A stretch of 64,000 nucleotides of DNA from Diplonema japonicum (Eukaryota > Protista > Euglenozoa: Diplonemea), in NCBI GenBank assembly GCA_964019335.1, contig OZ025658.1, forward strand, positions 744,001 through 808,000, read 5' to 3'. The translations under genes were made by a program, and so were the position numbers. This document shows positions 1-9,593 of the stretch, piece by piece. The notes below the pieces were generated by a model that made no database searches, was not told the DNA's origin, and saw only the letters and a list, made by a program, of their open reading frames with translations. Numbering within the stretch: the stretch's first letter is position 1; each line of letters opens with the position of its first letter.

Positions 1-1986
1 TACGACTCCAGTGATCTGGAGCTGACCAAGGAGGGCGGCTACGAGCAGCACGTCGGGATCAGGTGGCAGAAGGTCTACATCCCCAAGGGCGCTACTATTG
101 TCAGCGCAGTGATTGAGTTCAAGGCCGATGAATCCGACTCCGGAACCGCTGCCATGGAGCTTGCGTTCGTGAAGTCGAGCTCTGCGTCAGGGTGGGGGGC
201 GAACTCGAAGAAGCCGTCGAGGAGGACGCTTACCAACAACAAGGTCACTTGGACCATCTCGGAGACCTGGTACACGGGCAACAAGTACCAGTCGCCCAAC
301 CTGAAGGACGTGGTTCAGGAGATCGTGGACCGCTCAGGGTGGAACAGCGGGAACGCCATGTCTGTGGTCATCAAGAAGGGAAACACCCACAAGAACGGTG
401 TCCGAGTTGCGGAATCGAGGGAAGGCGATGGCAAGGGTGCCTGCCTCAAGCTGGTTTGGACCACGCCCGACACCGACGTGCCGCCTCCCCCTCCTCCCCC
501 GACCCCTCCCCCGCAGCCCACCACTTGCCCCTCGGACAGGGTGCGCAAGGCTTACAGCTCGCTGTCCTGCCAGGAGAGGGAACACTACGTCGCTGCCGTG
601 AAGGCGCTCAAGCAACAAAAGGGCAGCTGGTACGAGAACTTCGTGAGAGTCCACTACCAGCAGAAGACGTACGCCCACGGCACCTCGGCCTTCCTTTCTT
701 GGCACAGGTGGTACCTTCTGCAGTACGAGAACGAGCTGAGGTCCATCAGCGGCTTCGAGTGCGTGACCGTTCCTTACTGGGACGCCGAGAGGGACTGCTC
801 GAACGAGGAGGAGTCCGCCCCGTTGAAGGACTCTACTTTCGGTGACCCGCGCAAGCACTCCCGCAGAGACGACTGCTTGACATCTGGTCTTGCAAAGATG
901 GGCTCGTGGGACGTGTCGGGCAGTGGAACATGCCTCAAGAGGAGCTACTCGAGCAACTTCGGGTTCGCATCTGAGACCACCGTCATCAGGATGATCGAGA
1001 GCAACAACAACCGCCACATCTACTACTTCAGCTCATCCCTCGAGGGTAGTCCCCACAGCGGGCCGCACAACTACCTCGGCGGCCACATGGGGGGCATGAC
1101 CTCGCCCGACGATCCGTTGTTCTTCCTGGTGCACGCCAACGTGGACAGGCTGTGGGCCATCTGGCAGGACTACTGGGGCTACGACAAGGTCTCCAAGAAC
1201 CACCTCAACGACCAGTCCCAGTACTACTACATCCGAGGAAAGAGCGGTGTCTCGACAAACAGCTTGAAGCTTGACGCTGTGCTTCCCTACTCGCACGGTG
1301 CGTCCAGCAAGCTGCACAACTTCGCCGAAGACGTGACCATCCGTGACATGTGGGACATCGAGGACCTTCCGCAGGGCTTCAAGTACACCTACGGGACGGA
1401 CAACATTGCCATGCAGCTGGGGAAATGCTCGTCGGGCACGTGGCACTGGGTGGTCCCGGGACGCACGGACAGGCTGACATGCTGCGGTGACGGTACCAAG
1501 GACTACAACGAGGAGTGCGACGGTGGGTCTGGCTGCACTGAGAACTGCCAGTACAGCTGGTCCAACGAAAGGAAGGCCGGAGCGCTTTCCACCGAGACAC
1601 GCGGGTGCAGCGACCCCACTCCGCACATGGTTGCGACGCAGGGGGGCTCCGACGGGGAGGACGAGACTGCAGGCCTTGCCTTCGACACGTGTTGCTTCAC
1701 CGACGAAAAGGTCGAGAAGGCCTACAACGATGTTGTGAAGCACCTGACCCACACGGCCATCAACGACGACAAGGACGACATGAACGATGACCTGGTCACT
1801 CCCAGCAACAGCGATCTGGACAAGCTGTGCTGTGAGGACCTTAAGCGTTCTGGCAAGGCATCCTGCGACGACTCTTGGTGCCAAATGCAGGGGAAGACAG
1901 GCAGCAACCTGGACAGCTGCATCGAGGATTGCACTGCCAATCACATCATCAAGCTTCTGGGACACAACCCGTGCGATACGAATTAG
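1..1986 (+). CDS. Secreted multidomain tyrosinase (type-3 copper protein), copy 1, 5' part outside the window
   Basis: Frame is open from base 1 to TAG at 1984-1986. CuA motif H-x7-H-x8-H ([18 protein letters not shown]) and CuB motif PHSGPH...[18 protein letters not shown]. Matches 14457-16442. Confidence 0.9.
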   Translation, partial: YDSSDLELTKEGGYEQHVGIRWQKVYIPKGATIVSAVIEFKADESDSGTAAMELAFVKSSSASGWGANSKKPSRRTLTNNKVTWTISETWYTGNKYQSPNLKDVVQEIVDRSGWNSGNAMSVVIKKGNTHKNGVRVAESREGDGKGACLKLVWTTPDTDVPPPPPPPTPPPQPTTCPSDRVRKAYSSLSCQEREHYVAAVKALKQQKGSWYENFVRVHYQQKTYAHGTSAFLSWHRWYLLQYENELRSISGFECVTVPYWDAERDCSNEEESAPLKDSTFGDPRKHSRRDDCLTSGLAKMGSWDVSGSGTCLKRSYSSNFGFASETTVIRMIESNNNRHIYYFSSSLEGSPHSGPHNYLGGHMGGMTSPDDPLFFLVHANVDRLWAIWQDYWGYDKVSKNHLNDQSQYYYIRGKSGVSTNSLKLDAVLPYSHGASSKLHNFAEDVTIRDMWDIEDLPQGFKYTYGTDNIAMQLGKCSSGTWHWVVPGRTDRLTCCGDGTKDYNEECDGGSGCTENCQYSWSNERKAGALSTETRGCSDPTPHMVATQGGSDGEDETAGLAFDTCCFTDEKVEKAYNDVVKHLTHTAINDDKDDMNDDLVTPSNSDLDKLCCEDLKRSGKASCDDSWCQMQGKTGSNLDSCIEDCTANHIIKLLGHNPCDTN

Positions 1987-1993
1987 GCTTTGT

Positions 1994-2037
<44 letters not shown>

Positions 2038-3436
2038 CTTTACAGATATGGATCTTTTTTTTTTTATGTTTTAGTTGAGTACATTTTTGCCCCTGTAATT
2101 ATCACAGTATTTTCTTTTATTTTAACCCCCCTTTTTTTTTTGCGCACAAAGAGAAAAAAAAAAAAGTTTGTTTCCTTCTTATAATACCCTACCACCCAAC
2201 CCACCTTTTGACTCCTTGAAATTATTTTTCTTTCTCCTCTCTTTATTGTTCCCCTATTACATTATGTCGGCACGCAAGAAAGTACTGTGTCTGTAGAAAA
2301 AAAAAAAAAAAAAAAAAAAAAGAAAACACAAAAAAAAAAAAAAAATGTAAGTATAATGAGCTGATTTCCTTTTTGTAGAGGATGGGAGTGGTACTCTTGG
2401 CGTTTGCTCATGAAACGAAAAGAAGAAAAGAAAAAAAAAAAAAAAAAAAAACATAAAGACACAGCAGACTTATCTATGTGCTGCGTTATGGGGGGGGGAG
2501 AGGGAGAGGGGCTGTAAGGTGAGCGCAGCGTGAGGGATAACATTTTTATTATAAAAAAAAAAAGTCCCCTTTTTTTTTCCTTTTTTATCTGGAAAGAAGA
2601 AAAAAAAAAAGTGAAAAAGGGGAGAGGGGAAAAAGGAAAAAAAAGAAATACCTGTTTTTTTATTGCAGCTTTGTGTGAATGTGCATCTTTTTTTTTTTCA
2701 CTTTTTTTTCCCGGGGTACTACTACTGCACACGGAAAATAGAGACAGAGTGCTTGATTCAAGAAGAAGGAAAATAAAGTAGAAAGTCTTCTTCTTCTCTG
2801 CATCTAAGGTTTCTGATGCCTGCAGTAGATGGGAACCAAGGGGGCGTCCTGCAGGACCTCCGTATTTTTTTCTTTTTTTTTTTCTTCTCCTTCTTCCCCC
2901 TTTTATATCGAAACGACGGGGAAAAAAAAAATAAAAGAGGGGGGGGTAGGAAGAAAGAAAGAATAAAAAATGAAAGGAAAAAAAAAAGAAATTTAAGAAA
3001 ACCATTTAATCCTCCCCCTCCCCACCATCTTTTTAACAAATATTCCCCCGTTTAGAGAAATAATTCGGGGATTAACAAACATTATCACTAATTTCTTTTA
3101 TTTTTTTTTCCAAGAGAAAGAGGGGAAATTAATTAGAAATTAAAAATAAAAAAACGAAAAACATTTATATAAAAAAAGAAAAAAAAAAGAAAGAAGGGAG
3201 GGGAAACAGAGTGAGGGAATGTATTGACGAAAAGAATAAAAGATTTAACAAAAGAAAAAAATTTTTTTTGGTATCTTTTTTTTCTTTTTGCGCTTCCCCC
3301 CTCTTTTCTTCCCTTCTTTTTTTTTTTTTTTTTAAAGAATTTTCTCCGCTTTTCCCTTACTTTGCTCTTATTTTTGTTTTTTTTTTTTCCCGATTTTCTC
3401 AGACACACCTGTTTTCTTTCCCACGGTACAGACAAT

Positions 3437-3470
<34 letters not shown>

Positions 3471-3688
3471 CCGGCCCCGCCCAGAAATCCACTTTTAACT
3501 TTTTTTTTTCGAAGTTTTCAAGATTTATTGTATACATCCAAAACAGTCCCTTAAGAATGAGGTGCACTGAGACGTGATTTCTTTCTTTCTTTTTTTTTCC
3601 AAGGTAGGAAAAGTAAGAAAAGAAAACTAATCGAGTCTTGATGTGCCCTTTTTCTGTTTTGTTCTCCACTAAAAAGAAAAGAGTTTAG

Positions 3689-3723
<35 letters not shown>

Positions 3724-4800
3724 AAAAAAAAAGTTTTTCAGTTTTTTTATTAAAACACTGAAAACTCCACCCTTTTTTTTTTTTTTTTTTTTTTTCTTTT
3801 ACCTGTTCCCTTCATTTCTTTTCCTTGTTCCCTTCTCCATTTCTAATTGCCACATTGTTTCTCCCCCCTTCACCTGTTTTGTTGTTTTTTTTTCTTTTTT
3901 TTTTTTCTCTTGAGAAGAAGAACAAGAACAATAGAAAAAAAAAATAGAAAAAAGAAAAAGACGACGAACTTTGGTAGAAAACAAAAAAGGGGTGAAAAAA
4001 AAAATTGGTTCGGGCTATGTTGGCCATATTCTTTTTTTAAAAAAGAAAAAACAAACAAAAAATAAAACAAAAACAAAAAAACAATGACTTTTATGAAATG
4101 TTATTTCTTTTTTCCCCCTCTCCCAGTGAACCTAAGTGAGAACAGAAAGCCCATGGGCGTATCTATCGGAGTTTGCACACAAGAAATGTATGATATGTTC
4201 TTCACTTCCTTGGTGGGAGCAGTGCACGCACTTCCCCACTCAGAATGATGAATTTTATTATACTTCTTTTTCCTACTCCCTCTCCCTCCTCACTTTACTT
4301 TGTTTCCCTCTCTTCCCGTCCCCCCCCCCCTTTATTTCTCGTTCTCTCAGCAGAAATATTATTTTGAAGCCAAAAAAAATGAGGAGAAAAAGAAATCTTC
4401 ATAAAGAAAGAGGAAACCGAATGAAAAGAATAAATTGTTACTACTTGCAAAACGATGAAACAAGAATGGGGAAAGGAGGGGGAGTGGATGGGATGAGGAA
4501 ATAAAAAAAAAGATTTTTTTTTAAAAGGAAAAAGAAGGGTTGGGAAGAAAAAGGAAAAGACAATTTTTATTTATCTCCCTCGTTTTTTAAGCCCTCTTTA
4601 AAAAAAAAAAACTTTTTTTTCTTTTTTCCCGCCATCCCCTTGCGATTTCTTATTCTTTTTGAACGAACATTTTTCTTTTTCTTTCACAGGTTCCTCTCGT
4701 GCCTCTGTATGGGGATCAATACCTTGTTTATTTGGTTTTTTCTCTCCCCCTTTCATTCACTCCCTTCTGCTGTGTCTCCATCTTTCTTAGTAGAGATGAC
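1..4800 (+). repeat. Segmental duplication, copy 1 (partner 14457-19342)
   Basis: ORF-track translations in all frames over 75-2184 equal those over 14531-16640 (offset 14456). The non-coding flank aligns, with indels, until ...ctgtgtctccatctttctt..gtagaRRtgac at ~4800/19342. Confidence 0.93.
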
Positions 4801-4838
4801 AAAGATTTGTTTGCCGGTATGGCTGAGTAAAACTACTT

Positions 4839-4892
4839 CTATTATGTACTCCTTATCTTTTTTAGGCATCCTGTCACATACTGCAGGTTCCC
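4839..4892. other. Conserved non-coding motif, copy A (CTATT-Y-rich-AG-stem-CACATACY-stem)
   Basis: TTTAG GCAT CCTGT-CACATACT-GCAGG TTCCC; related copies at 6932-6980 and 61551-61636. Confidence 0.55.
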
Positions 4893-5009
4893 ATCAAAGA
4901 CACTTTTTTTTTCTTCTTCCTTGTTTTTTACACGCCTTATTGTAACACATCACAACAGGTTACACACATAAAAGCCGACAAATAAATTAAAAAGAGGAGA
5001 AGTATTAAA

Positions 5010-6413
5010 ATGAGAGCAATGCTGTTTCTTGCGACGGTGTCTGTGCAGCCGCCACGCACGATGAGATCAAGTTGCTGGCCTCCCTCGCTGCCCCTGGGAA
5101 CGCGTACGACCTGGTGAAGGAAGGGTACCACACGTACCTCCTGAAGGACAAGGACGGGGGCAGGATTCACATCCACTATGTGAAAGACAAGGCAAACCCG
5201 AAGGAAGTGGGGACGATAAACCTGAAGGGGAAGAGCCTTCTGACCGACGGGAGGGGATGTTGTACGTAGCCTTCCGAACCGTGATGAAGTCCTACGACAT
5301 CGGCAGAGACCCGAAGGCACCTGTTCTCGTGAAAACTTACACCTACCCCAGGGGCTGCACGAAGACCCGCGGGGGAGGTTCCTGGAGCAGTCACCCGACT
5401 ACATCTACCTGACCTGCTACGAGAAGGACAGGCACCCCGACCCCGTGACCTGGTTCATCGTGTTGAGGACGCTGAGGGAAGCGGGGCACCTGAAGATCCC
5501 CGGGATGGACACGCACACGAGCTCTGTGTGGTTCAACGGGAAGGTGTACGCCACGATGTCCTCGAGCAGCATCCTTGTGATGGACGTGCCGAGGAACGCA
5601 GCTTCCCTCACTTCGACATCGGGAGCTTCACCGTGTTCCTGTCCTTGTTGCAGAGGGGCACTACGTCTTCGGGAGCGGGGACACCCCAAACGGGCTGAAC
5701 ATCTATGACGTTCCAGACGAGACTGACCCGCAGAACAAGGGTACGGTGGAGCTGGTCGGGGGAGCCCATCCTGTGGTGGTGAAGGAAGTGGGGAAGGAAG
5801 GCGGCGAGGGCCCCCTCGGGGTGCGGGTAGGGGATGATGTGAGCGGGCAGCAATGGGTGCGGATCCCGGAGTGGCTGGAGGGCTCGACTGCTCACATGGG
5901 GGCGTTTGGGAAGGAGGGGATGGACGTGAAGCTGGAGTGCCCGTCCCCTCAAGAAGGAAGCAGCTCGCACCACAGAGACCCGTGCACCTTCTACGTGACT
6001 ATGTTCAACTGCCTCCCGTGCAGTTCGGCGGTGAACGGAGGCCTCCCGAAGGGGCTGCTTGATGCTGGATTCGAAGCGGCGGGGTGTGGGCCCAGGTATC
6101 TCCCCACCTTCACAGGGGCCCTACAGACGTTCCGCACCACCCGACTGTGATCTTCAAGCTGCAGGTGGAAGCAGGCTCGGCCCCCATCGTGATCCCCGTC
6201 ACCAGGAAGCTCCTCCACTTCGCTGTCTTCATCCACTCGGCCGGACAGCAGTGCTCTCTGAAGGACAGGGAAAGCTGTGCGATGGCAGAGCGCTGGTGCG
6301 ACTACTACGACTCCAAGTGCGTGGACAAGCAGATGTGCTTGGGGAGAACAGGCCCCGTCCACCCTGGGCCCCAGGGACGCAGATGCACTTGCTTCCCCAT
6401 TCTGAGTTTCTAA
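5010..6413 (+). pseudogene. Frameshifted secreted protein: LVIVD-like beta-propeller plus C-terminal unnamed Cys-rich domain
   Basis: ATG at 5010 gives MRAMLFLATV. Protein-like segments then alternate frames (CAAATHDEIKLLASL..., GMLYVAFRTVMKSYDI..., PDYIYLTCY..., EGHYVFGSG...GLNIYDV, ...NCLPCSSAVNGGLP..., ...RRCTCFPILSF*). At least 5 frameshifts, near 5040, 5250, 5375, 5610-5640 and 6115. Confidence 0.75.
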
Positions 6414-6931
6414 TCATATAACTGTTTCCATTTTTTCCCCTCTTCTTTCTTGTTTTCTTTTTTTAAGTCTCTTCCGTTTTTCTATTGAGAAGAGAAAATT
6501 TTGTTCTTTCCTTCCTTCCTTCTTGTGCATCGCACAAAGAAGAAGAGAGAGAAAGAGTTCAAGCCGAAAACGTTTAGTTCGTAAGCATTGCAGCCCTCTC
6601 CGGTGGAGCGGCAGTGTCAACGGGAACAGTAAACGATTTAGGACGTTCTTTTATATTTAAAAATAGCTTTTTCTTAATATTCCTACCTCTACAAGGGGGT
6701 GAGCGATCACAATCCCTCAGCAACTATTCATATATCGACTCCCTTTCCCTTAGCGAACTCTTTTTGCTAGTCCTCTTTTTCTTTTTGTTGCTTTTTCTTG
6801 CTTTTCCTCTTTTCTTCTTCTTCTCTTTCTCTTTTGGTTCCAACAGGTGCACAGTTCGAGCATTCGAATGGACAAAAGAGTGGAGGAGGAGGAGGAGGAA
6901 GGGTGGCAAAGAGAAGGAGGAAGCAGAAGGC

Positions 6932-6980
6932 CTATTGTTCTTTTTTTTCTCAGGCGTCCTGCCACATACCGCAGGTACCC
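6932..6980. other. Conserved non-coding motif, copy B
   Basis: CTATT...TTCTCAG GCGT CCTGC-CACATACC-GCAGG TACCC; perfect 5-bp stem around the 8-nt loop. Confidence 0.55.
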
Positions 6981-7115
6981 TTAAATGTCTCTTTTTTTTT
7001 TTTTTTTCTTTTTCTTTTTTTTCTTTTTTTTTTTTTATCTTCTTCCTTACACCATTATTCCCTTTCGTTTTCCTCTTTTCTTCCTTCCCTTATTCACCCA
7101 TAGTTAGGTCTGAGT

Positions 7116-9401
7116 ATGTTGGCACTGACCGTTCTAGCGGCCATGGCATCCCAGTGCCTTAACATCACTCGGCGTGTGGACTGCGGCTACTCTGGCATAA
7201 CGCCTGCGAACTGCGTGTCACGGGGTTGTTGTTACGACAAGGCACAAGACGAACCCAGCTGCTTCTACAACTCCGATGGCCTACTCATCAAGAAGGTACA
7301 CGTTTTGCAGAGCAACCACTTCGATGCGGGGTACACTGCAGGTACCACAGAGGTTATCAACAAGTACTTCACCGAGTACTTCCTGATGGCTGGTGTCGTG
7401 GGAAACAAGCTTGACGAGGCAGGCAGTGCCCCCAGGTTACGATGGATGACCCAAGGATACCTAGTGTGGCTCTACTTAAACTGTCCCTCTGGGCTTGGCC
7501 TCATATGCCCCACGGAGGAGGAGATCGCTGCCTTCAAGAAGTCCGTCTCCAAGGGCTACATCACATGGCACGCCTTTACCCACAATGCGGAGCTGGCATC
7601 CATACACCCCTCGATGCTGAGCCTTGGTGTCAAGGGCACCCACGAGCTTGACGACCTGCTCAACGTGAGCAGGAAAGCAGTGCTGTCCCAGCGAGATGTG
7701 CCTGGGGTGCCCCGGTCCTCGCTGCCCATTTTGGCCTCGCAGGGCGTGAAGGGGATCTCTGTCGGTGGGAACGGGAGGGTGAACCCCCCCAACGTGCCGC
7801 AAGCATTCATCTGGAAGGACGCCAGCTCAACACCACCGATCCCACTTTCTGGTGTGAAGGACGTGAACCCGCCCTCCAATGCGGAGTTGTTCACCCTGTG
7901 GCACGGGTATGGGTACGGTCAGCTGAGCGAGGCTGGGCTGTGGGCGACTGAATTCGGGGGCGCTGAAAGCCCGCGTGTAGAGCTGCCAAACTTTGCAGAG
8001 GCGGCTGTGTACGCATGGAGAGGTGACAACGCAGGCCCGCCTACGTCTGCGAGCTCCGTAGAAGCAACATGGAAACAGATACAGAGTTGGTACCCTGAGG
8101 CCGAGATCGTAGCCTCTGACTTGGATACTTACGTGGCTGCAGTTTTAGAGGCAGGAGACACAGTGCTGAGCAAGTTGCCCACCGTAACGGAAGACCTGTC
8201 CGACACGTGGATCATGGGAGTCCAGGCCGATCCTTGGAAGGCCAGCATGGCCCGTGCTTACGGGAGGTCGTTCGCAAAGACGAGTGATCCTGACAACAGC
8301 ACTTTGACGTCGGCAAAGCTAGCTCTCAAGAACGGCGAGCACACGTGGGGGTTGCATGTCTCAACGTATGGTCCTTTGCAGACCACGCATTGGGACAACA
8401 CGGCCTTCCACCAGGACCTGCGTGACAAGAACATACACCTGGAAACTCTCGTAGCGTCGTGGGTGGAACAAAGGGACTATGGCATCAGAAAGCCCATGGA
8501 GCTGCTGCCGCAGGGGTCGCAGATGCAGCAGATGATGGCTGCAGAGACTGCCCGGTTGGCTCCCGCGAAGTTCTTCAACACGAGCGGGACACCTGTCTCT
8601 GCGGAGAAGCCGCTGACACTGGGGTGGTGCACAGTTACTCCCATGAAAACAGGCGGGCTACGCGACATCATAGGGAGCAAGATTCTTGAGGGCACTTTCG
8701 GTGAGTTCATCTACCAGACTCTGAACGACGATGTGTTCTCCGCATGGCGTGCGCAGTACCTGCTCCCTGGGTCGGGCGGCGCCAACGAGTACGGGAAGCC
8801 TGGTGTCACACCCAACATATCGGCAAACGCCACGTACACAGGACAGGCATCATGGCACACAGACGGGAAGCAAACCTTAAAGGCCAGACTTACCATGGAC
8901 AGCGACCTGGTGACGAACTACGGTGCGCCTGCCGAGGTGTGGGTGACATACGATTTCAGTACTGTGGATGTGGTGGAGATTAGTGTGCAGTTTGAAAACA
9001 AGACAGCAACGAGGCTTCCCGAAGCGAGCTATTTGAAATTCACACCGACGCTCAAAAGCGGCGAGTACTGGCTCATGGACAAGCTGGGAGAGTGGACTGA
9101 CCCCTTGCAGGTGTTGAACGGGTCCAGCAAGGGGCTGCACGCTGTCACCTCAGGTGTTGCCTTTGGAGGGCCTCAAGGAGGGAGCTTCATAGCATCACTA
9201 GACACATCGCTCACAAGATGGGGCCCCGGCCTATATCCCTTTTGTGCACCCATGGTGGGTGACATAGCCCCCTCGGATGGTGTTGCCTTCGTGATGCACG
9301 ACAATTCATGGAACACGAACTACCCGTTCTGGTATCCTTTCTCTGATACCCCGGATGGGACGGAAGCAAGCATCAAATGGGACTTCAGTATCCTGTTGTG
9401 A
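7116..9401 (+). CDS. Secreted trefoil (P-type) domain + GH38-like/DUF5054 putative glycoside hydrolase, 761 aa
   Basis: Signal peptide. Trefoil consensus C...RVDCGYSGIT...C.SRGCCYD...PSCFY at ~7155-7270. KVHVLQSNHFDAGY (HxD-G metal motif), EHTWG, and C-terminal KTATRLPEA...MDKLG...LHAV...NSWNTNYPFW recalled from DUF5054 proteins. Confidence 0.75.
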   Translation: MLALTVLAAMASQCLNITRRVDCGYSGITPANCVSRGCCYDKAQDEPSCFYNSDGLLIKKVHVLQSNHFDAGYTAGTTEVINKYFTEYFLMAGVVGNKLDEAGSAPRLRWMTQGYLVWLYLNCPSGLGLICPTEEEIAAFKKSVSKGYITWHAFTHNAELASIHPSMLSLGVKGTHELDDLLNVSRKAVLSQRDVPGVPRSSLPILASQGVKGISVGGNGRVNPPNVPQAFIWKDASSTPPIPLSGVKDVNPPSNAELFTLWHGYGYGQLSEAGLWATEFGGAESPRVELPNFAEAAVYAWRGDNAGPPTSASSVEATWKQIQSWYPEAEIVASDLDTYVAAVLEAGDTVLSKLPTVTEDLSDTWIMGVQADPWKASMARAYGRSFAKTSDPDNSTLTSAKLALKNGEHTWGLHVSTYGPLQTTHWDNTAFHQDLRDKNIHLETLVASWVEQRDYGIRKPMELLPQGSQMQQMMAAETARLAPAKFFNTSGTPVSAEKPLTLGWCTVTPMKTGGLRDIIGSKILEGTFGEFIYQTLNDDVFSAWRAQYLLPGSGGANEYGKPGVTPNISANATYTGQASWHTDGKQTLKARLTMDSDLVTNYGAPAEVWVTYDFSTVDVVEISVQFENKTATRLPEASYLKFTPTLKSGEYWLMDKLGEWTDPLQVLNGSSKGLHAVTSGVAFGGPQGGSFIASLDTSLTRWGPGLYPFCAPMVGDIAPSDGVAFVMHDNSWNTNYPFWYPFSDTPDGTEASIKWDFSILL

Positions 9402-9593
9402 AATGCAAGTATCTGTCAAACTAACGTTTAAACCCTCCCCCCCTCCCCCCCTGAGCTTTTTCTTTTTGCGTACTGAAGTGCTGTCAGCATGACCCCTGTA
9501 GCTCGCGCTGAATATTTGATACCGCTCGACAATTTCTTTTTCTTTCTTCTTTTTTCCTGTTAAAGTAGCATATATCAACAGGTTGGGGAGGGC

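Noticed and set aside
2815-2860. Scrambled look-alike of the CACATAC motif (palindrome GTCCTGCAGGAC)
   Set aside because: It lacks the loop, and the matches are too short to separate from chance.
3803-3873. Minus-strand exon flanked by CAG and GTAAAA
   Set aside because: The duplicate copy has a frame-breaking indel, and I could not build a coherent multi-exon ORF.
1987-4800. Poly-Phe/poly-Lys ORFs in spacers (also 16446-19528, 21355-21771, 61250-62172)
   Set aside because: Translations of homopolymer runs; frames are not conserved between the duplicated copies.
4866-6974. 21-nt AG/GT-flanked micro-exons at 4866-4886 and 6954-6974
   Set aside because: The third motif copy lacks the GT, and GTTCCC/GTACCC do not match the GTATGT donor used here.
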